From Antedon mediterranea (Eukaryota > Animalia > Echinodermata), in NCBI RefSeq assembly GCF_964355755.1, contig NC_092675.1, forward strand, positions 15,782,912-15,846,911: a stretch of 64,000 nucleotides of DNA, in the 5' to 3' direction. The notes under the pieces are model-generated. The model saw only the letters and a list, made by a program, of their open reading frames with translations, did not search any database and was not told the origin of the DNA. This document shows, piece by piece, positions 11,412 to 24,800 of this stretch. How positions within the stretch are numbered: the first letter of the stretch is position 1; each line of letters opens with the position of its first letter. Made by a program: the position numbers and the translations under genes.

Positions 11412-14400
11412 ATGGCAGGTAGACTGGACAGTTTTTGGACACATTACACGTCGTTCGAACGTCTACCAGACGATGAAGATAACGAAATACCTACAGCTAA
11501 CAAATGGTAAGTAACTGCAGTATTAGGCCTACAGTATATTAAGTTAAAAAAAGGTAACCATTTTAAAAGATGTAAAACATGATGAGCAAATGGCATGAGA
11601 AAGCAGACTATTGTAATTGCAATTACTTAATCGTATTATGAATGTTAACGAGGAACACCTAAACGCATTTTTAAATTATACTTTTTTAAATAATACTTTC
11701 TATGTTTCTAGGACATGTCAATTTATAACATGTTATGAATACCTCACAATTTCTTCCAAAACGTTTTCCAAGGGACCGTATTTTACGGATATGTTTACAA
11801 AATTAATATGACTTGATACTTATTCTATTTCTTTTTAGGTTTGAAATTAATTCATTCTTATGTGTTACTTATGGCTTTGCTGAATTCTTTCTTACGTTGA
11901 CTGTAGTGTCATCAATAATTAAGGATGTTTTTGATAAATCGGATGAATGTGGAAGCATGTCAGTATGGGTTGGCTATAACTACGTTTCTGTCCTCTTTGT
12001 TTTGAGTTGTGCATTGATGATTGCAACGTTTGTATTGGATATATACTGCCGCCGAAATGGACAGGTTCAGCCCGTAACGAGTCAGTTGGAAGTCAATGCT
12101 TATGTTAAATGTAAATATCAAAATCAAGTTATTATCAAAATGAATATTATTTTTAAAATAAATTTAAACGCTTATAATATATTTAAAGAATAAGAATAGC
12201 ATTCTAGTATTATCCGAATATTGTTATTATGTTTATAATTTTAGAAACATTTTTTTTTAGAGAACGACATCAATTGAGTGTTTGTCTTTACCATAATATT
12301 ATTACAAACGTATCAATTTGACCATCTTTAACTATAGGGGCCTAAAGTTATTTCATAAAGTCAGCCAAAGCGCCTGATTGAAAGAAAGAATACAAACAGA
12401 TACAATGGTGGTGCAATATTTGATACCTCTAAGGTTATATTATGAAATGCCCCAATGTTATCAAACTTTTCTAACACAAAAAAAAAACAAACAAAAAACA
12501 AAGTACAGTACTATTAATTTCTTCAGCAGATAATTTACTTTATTACATGTGTTATACTTTATCTACTCGTTATGAATCGTGGGCAATGACACTCTTTTGT
12601 GGAAGGATATAAACCCTTAGATTTACTACTACTACTGCTTTTTTATTTTCAGTTGGTTTATATATTTTTGCAGCAGTGGCCGTTGCTGTAAATCTATTGG
12701 TACTAAGTGAACATCCGGTGACGGTGAATTACCAGATCAATGCTACCTTGTTTATAATCATGCAGTCCATCTATCTAAAACGTTTCTCCAAAACCTGTTT
12801 TCAAAGATTTACGATTATCAACAGGTATTGAATATTTTTAAATACACCATCTGATTCTGTAGCTGTCACTAGATAACATTTAACTGACTATTGACAGTCA
12901 TTTAGACTACATCTAGATTGGCTACCAATAGTCAGTTAGATATTTCTAGTGATCTCAGCTGCAGAATCAAGTGCAACCAATAATAATTATGACACGAGCA
13001 AATGTCGCCTATGCCTATTATGCATATTCATAAATTGTATCTCTTCGGCTTTATTTTCGTTAGTTTTTTCACGAATTCTTTAGAAAAGCGTGTAAAAAAT
13101 TCAAAAATTGTTCCATCAGCCTAAAAAGTACAATTCATTCATAAATATATTATTGTAAACATAATAATATTTTTCTTATTTAGATTTGCAATCACACAGA
13201 TTCTAGTGACAAACCTATCCCATTGGGTGCTTCTGATTTCATATGAAACATATGTTGACTACAAAGGAAACATTAGTAAGTTTTGATAAATGGATGAAAG
13301 TTATTGACTTAAGTTATGGTTTCCTTTTTCTAATAATATTTTATATATTTTGATATAACGCCATTTCTTTCCAATGCATGGATATCTATATAGACATTAC
13401 ATTTTATATATTTCTCGAACCTAGTGACACGGCTCGTAAGTAGATGACTGTCAATAGTCGGATAATATCTACCTAGAGACAACCGCAGAAAATATAGGCT
13501 ACTATAGGAAAATATTGTTGTTTAAAATTAACTATAAGTGTTAATGTGGCGATCACAAACACATCAGTTAAAATGTCGCATTGTACATATATGATGAATA
13601 TTTAATCAATTTTCAGAAAAAAAGTTATATTGACATTGATCCATACAACAAAATGCTTCTACTACTACTTTTTAGCAATATGTTTGTTAATACAAGCACT
13701 GGTTTCTTTCTATTTTAGCTGGCGGTGGCGAGAATTACGAGCAAGCCTTGCCGTACTTGATGGATTGTACCATTGAGTACTGCTTAATTGCTGCTGTTCT
13801 GCTTGCTAATATGTGGCATAATATTGGACTAGTTCCCAAAGAAGAAATTGAACTTTCCAGACCATGGAAATACAGTATCATGTCATCAATATACGGAATA
13901 GCGGCCGGTGTAGTGGTCGTTATAGCCGTTTCCGTGATTGGATCATTTCTTGTACAGATTCCATTAGGTGATGGTGCGCACAGAGATGGCAACGCGATTA
14001 AGACTTCGGTTTATCTCCGTATCATTCTGGCGACGGCTGCTGCTATGTGTTCAACGTTTTGCGCGTTCTGTTTACAATTCTCTTCAGTTGAAGAAAGCAA
14101 ATCCAATCGTATGACTCAAGACACAATTCTTCTCTTTTGGTGCTGTGGGTTTCATGCATTGCTTAATATGTACAGCTTACTGGCCTCTTTGGTCTTTACC
14201 AACAAAAAATATCGAATCGCCGTATGGGATTCTATCATGTGTCTCATCGGAACACTTTCACAATCGACATTCGTCATATTCGGTCTTATAAGTAAATCGG
14301 TTAAACAAAATCGAAAAAGAATCGTTCAAAATATACTTATATTTTTGTCGATAACCAATTTGTCCCAATGGATGTTGAGCCATTACGAGTTAAGAATTGA

Positions 14401-14551
14401 CGCATTGTTTTATCCGCTCGAACGGACAGTTTACGGTAACATGTCCTGGTACCTCCTTCATCACGTGACAGGCCCAATTGTTTCGTTTTACTATTTTCAT
14501 TCAGCAACTTGTCTTTTTGAAATTTGGATAGCAGTATCCTTAATTATTTGA
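11412..14551 (+). CDS. Otopetrin-family proton-channel-like protein, paralog A (487 aa)
   Basis: Exons 11412-11506, 11839-12110, 12653-12824, 13184-13275, 13719-14551 give 1464 nt in frame. Motifs: MQSIYL..FSK.C, RFAITQILVTNLSHW, PYLMDCTIEYCLIAAVLLANMWHNIG, TNLSQW, YGNMSW, PIVSFYYFHSATCLFEIW. Confidence 0.9.
12848..12975. mobile_element. Small palindromic MITE (related pieces at ~10675-10755 and ~13420-13490)
   Basis: Imperfect hairpin gattctgtagctgtcactaga..taactgactattg / caatagtcagtta..tctagtgatctcagctgcagaatc. Confidence 0.6.
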
Positions 14552-15892
14552 TTGGTAGATTGAAAGATGCCGATTTTTCAAATCCGAAAAAATTGATAAA
14601 GTCTATTTGTTTACATATTGTTTTCTTAAGCGCTGTAGGCCCTATAGGCCTACACTATCAGACAAAAATATTCGTCATTTCACTATCATATATCTGGGCA
14701 CATTAGGCCTACACTTTGTTGTCACACTAGTTTGATAGAGATTTACAGTTTCATTAAATCACTTTAAAATTAATCATCTTAAAACATATAAACTGAATAA
14801 GCCTGATTATTATCATATCAACATCTAAGTTCTGAGATGGTACCAAGCGTTTTAGTAAAAAAATACGTCATATCATACTAATATCAATGGTACTGTAAAA
14901 AATGTAAATGCAGTGACTTATTCCTATTGAAAGCGAAAGTTTATAAAGCTATCTACTGTAAATTATGAGTTTCAGAAGTTATACAATTACTTTTTGCTCA
15001 GTTAGAACTGTTTCTGTTTTAGTTTTCCTATGATTAATTACTTAAAATAGTTTTAACATAAAGGTGATTGATACCAATTGATAATTATCTGGAACTCGTT
15101 ACATATTAAACGTTTAACAAGTATGGATATATATTTCGTAAACGCCATAGTTTCAAACACAACAAGCATTGCGCATGTATAAAATACTGTCGAAAAGAAA
15201 CTAATTTGAACGTCATGGAAACGATTTCCTCATTTCTAAGGAGACACCAGCGTTTAGGTAAGTAGTTAGGCCTATAGTATAAAACATTTATAAAGCTACC
15301 ACAATTACTATTTTTAAATAGTTTAAATATACAGTATTCTTACATTTTCTACATGCATAGGCTTATCCTATTGTATAAAATGAAACATTGCACAACTAAT
15401 TTATACATTGAAAGATGTTTACCTCTAGGGCTGTAATGGGCTGTACTGTAATTGCAATAATAGTTTATTAATAAGATGGCAAATGTGTATAATGTATGCA
15501 AGAATTATATGGTAGAAAATATTTTTTAAATAAATAAACATTGTGTAGCATCCGCTGATCAGTTCGATTATTTATGAACTCGCATTTTGAATAAACATAC
15601 CTTATATAAGAAAAACCAAAAAGGTGGGGGAAGTGTATGATTGCGTCAAGAAATGATAGTATATTACATTTCCTTGTTGGTGGTGCCTGTATAAATACGG
15701 TACCGTATATCGTACATCTTATATCATAATCTATATACTCTTTCAGCGCTACTAATAGATATTTAGATGTTTCTCAATTGAAACAACCCATTTTAAAGTA
15801 TAAATAAAATACAAAAAACTTGGAAAACAAATTTAATAACGCACGTGTGTCGTACTTGCAGTAGCCTACATTTCTTCAGATCGAGAGAAAAA

Positions 15893-18800
15893 ATGGAATT
15901 GACTTCAGAGGTCAGCAACATAGAGCAGACTGAATCCACTCCGTTGATACAAACAAGAAGACCAGAGAGGTATGATATTCACGTTTTTAAACAATTATTA
16001 GAAATATTTCAATTTTCGACCACTGACGGCCTAGATGAGTTGTCTAGTCGGGTGAAATTTAAACATGTTTAATGGTCTGCCGACGACCTAAAACTACGCC
16101 CGAAGCTATCTCAAGACGTGTGTAGGCCTATGCGGGGAAGTTCGGACGTCCTTCTTCTCAACCCCCTGTATTCCTTCGGTGACTTCTAGGTGACGACACA
16201 TCCATCACGTTACAAATTGAAAGTTCCATGATATGATATGAATAATGTTATAGACGGCCTCCATATTCAGCCATTATCACCTTATCTAAAATCAGTAGGA
16301 CTATTGCTAGTATTCTTGTCATGCGTAAATCAATTCATAAGTTTAAGCAACGTATGTTGAGTCATGGTGGCAAAGTATCGTTTTAATTTGTATGCTCCTA
16401 GATTAAAAAATGTGTTGGATTAATCATTTATGTGATATGGTGTGGTTTATTTTTTAATCTCCACTAAAGCTTTGTCTACACTATCAAACTAGTTTGAAAA
16501 AAAAATGTTATGTTCCCAATGGTAGTGATATTCCCAAATATGGTAGTGATAGTGATAGTGTAGACAGAGCTTAAACAATACGTTTGATTTAAGTTTAGAA
16601 ACTCCTTGAAGTGCTGGTTTGAAGAAAGTTAACTTTATAATTATTTTGTACTTTAGATTCCACGTGAGTTCACTGCTGAGTGTTATGTACGGTATGGTCA
16701 TCTATCTCTTAGCAATCGTCATAATGACGGCATTTCTGTCTAGCTTAAGAGAAAATACTAATTACGTGACTGCTGACGCATTTAACTCATATACCATCGC
16801 ACTGTACGTTATCGCTATTCCTTGTGTTATCGGAGACATTGTGTACCTTAGAGCTAATGCACTGGCACCCACTGATACAGAGATGAGCATGGCAAGCAGT
16901 CTTCATGTTAAAGGTTAGAATTATTAGGCTTCCGCACTCTACGAATGCTTTATTTATTTTTTTTATTGTATTTATTTTTTGCTTTCAGAGAGGACCGTAT
17001 ATAGATTGTGCAATACAATACTTGGGTTGTTTTTTTTTGCAAGAAAGTGTTGCATATCGGAGACTATGCAACAAGTCAATCCTAATAATGTGTCTTCTGG
17101 TGGTGTGCTCATCACAATCCGCCCCCACCTGTATTTGTTTCACTCACAAAGAGCAATAGTACTTTAATATCGACTTTATTGGTCGACTGTACAGTAATAT
17201 TTGAATCAAATCAAAAAGATGAGGCACTGAGAGTCAATCCAATCAGACCGGTAGGATCTCAGAATTATGCATTCATTCATCAGTGGAAAATTATTTCCAT
17301 TTATCATATACTGTATTATGTTTGCATTCATACATATAGTATACAAAAACAGATAAATATAACAAAAACTATTAAAAGTGTCACATCAGTCTCGTACGGA
17401 TAACTGACAAGCATTCACTGCCCGAATGGCAGGTGGATAAAGTTAATGCGAAACCTATTTGTACGTGAAATGATGGACCGCAAAATGGTGTGGCATGCAA
17501 AACAGTTCCAGTTAGTTCCTATCATAAGCTTGGTTCTCACAGAATTTAACGACTTTAGTGCAACGCAAGAATTGACCACCAACCTTGCGTTGCGTCCAAG
17601 TGGGAACCATGCCTTAATTGGTGACAACATATTATTTCTTCTTATCTGTACCATTAGTCATTTATCAAATTTCATACTCTAGGTGGGATTGTGACATTTG
17701 GTTTTATTAGTATTCTGATGGCATTCATTGAAATACGGTTGTGGACAAACGAAATCATTTTTGTAACTGGCAGTGGTATGAAAATCATTTTCATTTTAGT
17801 CGAGATGATCTACCTGATCAACTACTCGAGTGTTTCGGTGAAACGATGGAGTGGCTTAAGACGGTAATGTATACGGCCAATACTATACTTTAATAACAGA
17901 ACATACTTTAGAAATAAAAACAGAATATGCATGCAGTTAACGTGCACAACTTGGAATGCTCTCTATTTACTGTCTGCATAATTTCTTTTGATATGTTTGC
18001 GTCACCGTTCTGTACGTAATTATACTACAGGGTTGGGTAGGTTTGGCCAGTATGCGTACCTTTTTATGGCCAGTGGGCGTCCCGGATATTGCGCAATATG
18101 GCCAGCGGGCGTCCAATTATTGCGCAATATGTTTTCAATGGCAGCGTCCGCGCGCTCCATACGTGTGAAAAATACGTACAATGCGACAGAGAGGGCGTTA
18201 TATTTACATTTTCCGCGCGAGAGATGCCAGCCGGTCAGCGATTTTTTTTTTCCGTACGAGAGTTCCTCCACCGGTTCGTTTCGGATTCAATCGACTCTTC
18301 GGTAAGCCACTGATGCGTGACAGCAACCACAAGACAAAACGTGAGCAGCTTTTTTGCACGAGTGACAGATTTATACATACTAGAGGCCTAATACTATACT
18401 CACTGTAAATCTGGGGCGGATCCAGAGGGGGGGTCCACGGGGTCCGGACCCCCCCTAAATTTTAAGGGTGCCCTTTTTTTAGAGGTTCAATATTTTATTC
18501 GTGTGACATATTTGTGTGTATATTAGTATGCACAGAGTAAGCTACACTAACCCCAAAAATAAAAACAGAAATTTATCACAATGAGCGCGATGTTAAGTTA
18601 CGGCGGCCGATCAAAGAGCATTGTGAGAGGTGGTGATGCGTGATGATCTCTACTTAAACTTCTAAAAATAGATCGTTTCGCATACTACAGAGGGCGCATG
18701 TAAACTTTTTACGATTCAACTCCGCGTAGGTACGTTACCATGCGCGCTCTGTCATTGACGCGATTATTTGTCCATTGGTAAACACATTTTTATGTATTAT

Positions 18801-21800
18801 TATTCTGAAAATAATTGAACTGTAAACATAATTCTTTTGAGTATTTGTTTATTTACATATCATTCCATCAGATCAACTATTTTTTATTTCCATTACATCC
18901 AACCAAACATGTAAAAAATGTAGTTAAAATATCGTACTATCTACCGCGTACGACCATACGCGGTAGATTGTTTACTCAAAAATCATCGAACGGTCCTTAC
19001 ACTATACTATTCAACCTTGTTTTTGTAGTTGAGCCTCTCATGACCTGGGATTTGTTTGTCTTCCTACGCCAAGATAATATAGTTCTACAAGCCATGTGCT
19101 TTTTTCTCTGAGAAATATTTATTATAAGTGCCAAAAAAATGTTTTTTTCTCGATATGAAGCCTTTATTATTCAAATCTTTTAAAGAAAAATCACACATAC
19201 CATAAAGAAGGTTCATTTATTTCATTTTTGAAACAAAAAAAAAACCACCATTTTGTGATATGATGTCATTGTAAGCCAATCAAAGCTGAGCTTTCCCGCG
19301 ATCGGCGGCAGAGCTCACGGTTGAATGATTTTGGAATCTGGCTATTTTGGATTGGTGGACACGAATTACCCACAGCGGAATGTTTTCTCTCGCGCGCGTG
19401 TACCAAGAAGTCACGTGATCTCTCTGTACTGAACGGTACTCTACACAAATTTAGAGCAATGAATTTGTACCCAATGAATTTGTACGAATTCCGTTAAATA
19501 AACAACTCTATATATTTTATAAACATTTAAAGGGGGGTTCCGGGTTTAAAATGAATAGTAAAAAATGTAAAATATATTTGTTTGTCTCTTGAACGGTAAA
19601 AGTTTCAATTTATATAAGCGCCCAGTGAAGCAGAACGAAGGCTGTGAAATGAGGCCAGATTGCAAGTGCAGCTACGGCGATATGACACTGTGTTTACAGA
19701 ATAGGAAATTCGTGAAATGGTCAATGTTCCGACGACTCGTTATCATTAACCATATCAATTACTTTTGTGAAATTATACTTATCTAATGTAATTTTAGTCG
19801 GTCTTCCCATTTATAAAGTCAATTTTCTATGAAAATTCATCAAAACAGTGAAAAATTAGATATGTTTGCACTTTACGTTTGCCGATTTTCGCACTGACTT
19901 AGGGAAAGCCTTCAAAATCAATGAAGCGTAACGTATGCATTCCTGCTGAGCGAGGAGAGCGAGACGACGATACACGTGCTCTACCTGCCCATGCCTGGCA
20001 TGTCACGTGATAAGCAGATACAGTATACAATACCAAACTGGTTGGGTCGAGTATACCCCGTCTATAATCACAACATGAACGATGTACAGTAGGTATTTGG
20101 TTGAAGGTCGACTCGACATACCGGAATGGTATAGATAATATAGCTCGAATGAGAGAGTTGGAATATTTGTAAACATAAGTATATTGCTAATTTTAACAAG
20201 CCTATAATACTTTATTAAAAGGCCTGGTAGTATCAATTCGCATATAGGGTCTACTACACTAGCTAGCTCAATTTTTAACTGGGCCGAATCGGCTAGGTCT
20301 CCTTCCTACTACCTGGTCTACTTGCTTGATGCAGTATCTGCTTTTTTGGAGAGTAAACTAGGCCTATTTTAGGCCTACTTTTAGACGATCGGGACACCAT
20401 ACGTGCGGACGGCGATCGTACCTTTTTTGCCTCAATATTTACAGCCGATTTTGTAGAATGTTTAGGTTTAGATTGTTTAGGAGTTTGGTTGATAGGATAG
20501 GTTTGGAATCCACCGAGTTTTATTATTATGGGCCAATCGTTTAGTAGGCTAGCTAGGCCCATGATGGGCCCCAATGTTTTAACGTAGCCATCGTGGCATG
20601 GAATCCCTAGTCAGAATGGCTCTCACCCATGAAAACAAATGATTTAGGCTAGGCCTAGCCTAGTACGTGAAGCCGATAATACGATCTGTACTATTCGAGG
20701 TATAAAAATAGTATATAATTTAAGACTCCGTAATCTTTACTAAATGTTGTATTTATGTCAAATAAATATATGCTACTACTGTTATTATTACACTTTAGGC
20801 CTAGCTTAGAAAATCTACAAAAAATGTATTTCACAATGATCGGGTACGTGGTTGTCGTTTGACAGGGGAGAGAGATTTGAAGTTAACAAACACAACGTAC
20901 AAAATGACGTCGCGAGTTTGGAATCCACTGATGACGTGGTTTTGTGAATATCTCATGAATATTAATGAGCTTCCCTAAGCTGCTGAAAAACAGACTTTCC
21001 ATGAATTTACCCTAAAATGTATATGAAATAAATTTTTTTAAATTTCTCGTTATTACTTCTTCATTCTGACATGTCTATATTGTTATGATATTTTTTATTT
21101 AATAAATAAACGATATTTAAAAGCAATTTTAAACCCAGAATCCCCCTTTAATAACATATTTTATTGATATTTCCAATGTTGATATATAAAAGAAATTACT
21201 ATAAAACGTAATTATATGTAATTATTTTAGCGAAAAATTGCGCAATTTGTTTACAACGTTCGTGGCTAAAAACGATCATTTTCGGCAATGTTTTAGACCC
21301 TATATTTCGAAAACTACAAGTCAGATTTTCGTAATTCTTTCTTTATTGGAATATTGAAACAAAATACCAACAGATAATGTTTAAATTGGTTGAAAAATAA
21401 CAACTTTTAATTTTGCATCGTTATCCCTGCTAATAAAGTGTCATTTCCGGCGAACTAGAAAGGTGCCATTTATCATGGATTTTGCGTGCGAGAGTGCCAT
21501 TTCCGGCCATCTAAGTGTGTCCTGTAACAAAATTCGCTTCGCCACAACCCCCACCATGGGGGGGCTGTGGCTCAAATACTCAATATCTGATGTGCCCTTT
21601 TTATCGGCGGATCCCCCCTCTCAAAAATGTCTGGATCCGCCCCAGTAAATAAAATAATAAATATTAATAGTAGTTCTGAACGTCATTGTAATAATAATAA
21701 TAGGCCTAGAAATTTAATAATATAATACTGTCTAGGCAGCCACAAACCAATGTAGTACCATCAAATTCACAAACAGTAACACACACACAGCAGCAGCACT

Positions 21801-24800
21801 TTGTTGGTCGTCGATCACAAGCAAGGCCTAGCTAGCCTAGCCCTACGTACGTGTGCTTCAATGTAGTACATTTCCATCTACATTACTATTTTTTATTTTA
21901 ATAAAATGAAGTAGTAGGTTAGAAATTATATGTACAGAAGTAACACTAACAGATGTTTTTATCAAGAAAATTACAATTTTCTTCAGTCAGGTTTTTAAGT
22001 GTAACATTTGAAAAATTGTATACATATAGGCCTAGGTATCAATTAGTATTAGTAACATGTATTCTTGTAAGTTGTAATGTATAGAAACACATGCTTGCTT
22101 ATAAAGCGTTTAATATTGTGTTAATTTAATAATTATTGATATCTTGGCCGGTGGAAATTTTGAATTAAAATGAACAATTTTTTTTTTAAATTTATTTCAG
22201 AAACCATAATAAAAAAAATTAAATCAAGAATATGGAATACAGAAAACCGATCTTCATGACAAGATGATAGTATCACAATAAATTATAAGCTTCCTGGAAA
22301 ATGTGTTACAGTATTATTAAATGTATTTGTACTATTGCAGTCGTGTCAGTACCGTAATTGAATGTTTTTTACTTTGCATGTATTTTTTATGATTTTCCAA
22401 ATTACATATACACATAATAAACAATAATATTAGTTGTAGGCCTATAACTTAATTAAAACTCCAAAATTGCCTATATTAAAAGTCTGAAATCTTTATTTTT
22501 CAAGATTGGGGATAATTAATAATACGTACACCTTTAACGTAAAATTTCCATTACCTTACAATATAAATACTGTATTAATTTAATAATATTATTTTAAAAG
22601 GTATAAAAAACATACACTGTGCATAGGAATTCCTACTGTACATAACCATTTTAAATTCAAAAGTATACCTTGCATAGGCTTACACAAGCTTGGCTAGGCT
22701 AGCCATGGGCTAGCTACAATAATACCATAAACGATAAGAAAAGAGCCTCTCTTTTCGTGACAAAAGGTCAATATGCTATTGGGTTCTTAATGTAATTACT
22801 AAGTAGGCCTAGTATTTATTAATTAATTAATGTCATCAAAACTCGTATTAGATTCATATACTATTAATTATGAGAGCCTGTGTGAAAGTATTAGCTCGCG
22901 GTTTGTAAATGTAAAATTGTCTTATATTGTCACGCATCAGTGAGCTGACTTTACCGAATACCGAAGAGAGTCGATTGAGTCCGAAACGAACCGATGGAGG
23001 AACTCCCGTACGGAAAAAAAAATCGCGGCCGGTCAGGTACTATTATTATTTAGCAGAAAAAAAAATTAAATAATGTGAACTTTCATTTAAAATGTTTTTT
23101 GATTGACATTATAATAGTTAAAACTATTAATAATTATTGTTATTAATTAGGCCCTAAAATACAGTAGTATAATTTACTAAATCAGTTTAACTTAGGCTAG
23201 CCTGCTCTGAACAGATAGATTGGATTTTAGAGGCCTCAGTTCAGGCTTGCCCTACTTGCAAATTCTGTATATATAAAATTAATTATGTATATAGCGCCAT
23301 CTGTCGCATTGTACGAATTTCACACGCACGGAGCGGACGCTGCCATTGAACAAATATTATGCAATAATTGGACCCCCGCTGGCTGGCCATATTGCGCAAT
23401 TTCCGGGACGCCCGCTGTAGTAGAGCAGTTAACGCCATGAAAATAGCCAAGTTGTGCACTTTATTACCAAAGCATGAAACTTGCCACAAAGTTTCTTTGA
23501 TGTATATAGATTCAAAATATCGGGGGGTGCCAAGTGTCCAACGTCCGGTATGGCGGCCATTTTGAAATCAAGATGGCCGCCATACAAACAAAAAGTGTTC
23601 ATATCTTGGCAACTATAAACAGTAGAGACTTGATTCTGGTGTTAAATTGTTCACAAACCACATATTTCTATTTGCTCTAATGAAAGGTTTCGTCCAAAAG
23701 TGACCGGAAATGACGTTTTTCCAGTTTGACCTTTGACCTCTTATCTGTATATCTCAGTAAACTACTGATCATTTTCAATCGATTTTGGTATCATTTTGTT
23801 CAGAATAGAGACATTTATATTTGTAGTAATGAAACATTTTCACAAAATGACTGGAAATACAATTTATAACCTTTGACATATATAATTATGTGAACATACT
23901 GTATGTGGTTTACATTGGTATAAATGCACCTAATTTTTTTAACGAAATAAATGACACGGAATTATAATTCTGAATTTTTAACTTTTGATGTGATAGGATA
24001 GGCATAAAGTATGACAGATCACTGAGCTCATCTATGCCGACTTGTTTGCTAAACTGTGATGTGTCAATCGTTAGATAAAAGTTTTGGTCCTCTCTCCTTC
24101 ATCTTTTCTTTTTTTTTGTAATGTATTATACCATATGGACAATTGTCTGAAATAAAAGTTGAATTGAATTGTTAGATGCCATTTTGAAATATTTATGATG
24201 TAAAGTAGCATTCTTTCGTTGGCCTCTTTAATGTTGCATATGAGACAAGTTCGGAAAGTTCTCATTTTCATGAGTTAAGAGAATACCGTCTTTCAAAGTA
24301 CTTACTACAAACAACTTATCCTGCATTTGTGCAGTAGACCTACTTTCATTAGTCAGAAACTCAGATAATTTGATCTTGTTCATTTTCGTTGCATCTAAAA
24401 AAATGTACTCCATTTTTATGCTGTAAACCTTTCATCTGAATCCTTTTCCTCGATTTTCTCTAGTCATTGATTTTTTAGCAAAATCCGAACCAAATCAATT
24501 CGTAAAAGACATCTCAATATAATTATTCAATTCAATTAGTGACATGGACCTACAATATACTGTTCTGTACAAGACCTTTTTAGGCATCCACCTGTGGACT
24601 TTCACTTTAAAGGTCTTGGTCTCCTAATCATACAAGAAACAATGTCTGATTTAATCAATCAAAGTAGTGGGTTCAGACAAAGAAGGGGGTGTAAGACCAT
24701 CCACAGACAAAGAAGGGGTTGTAAGACCATCCACATACAAATAAGAGGGTATAAGACCATCCACAGACAAAGAAGGGGGTGTAACACCATCCAGAGACAA

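Larger units (their letters stand above)
18071..23417. mobile_element. Element B: non-autonomous TIR element with long imperfect TIRs
   Basis: Termini cagtgggcgtcccgg / ccgggacgcccgctg. 18071-18210 pairs with 23285-23417 and 18228-18342 with 22928-23033. No clear TSD. Confidence 0.75.
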
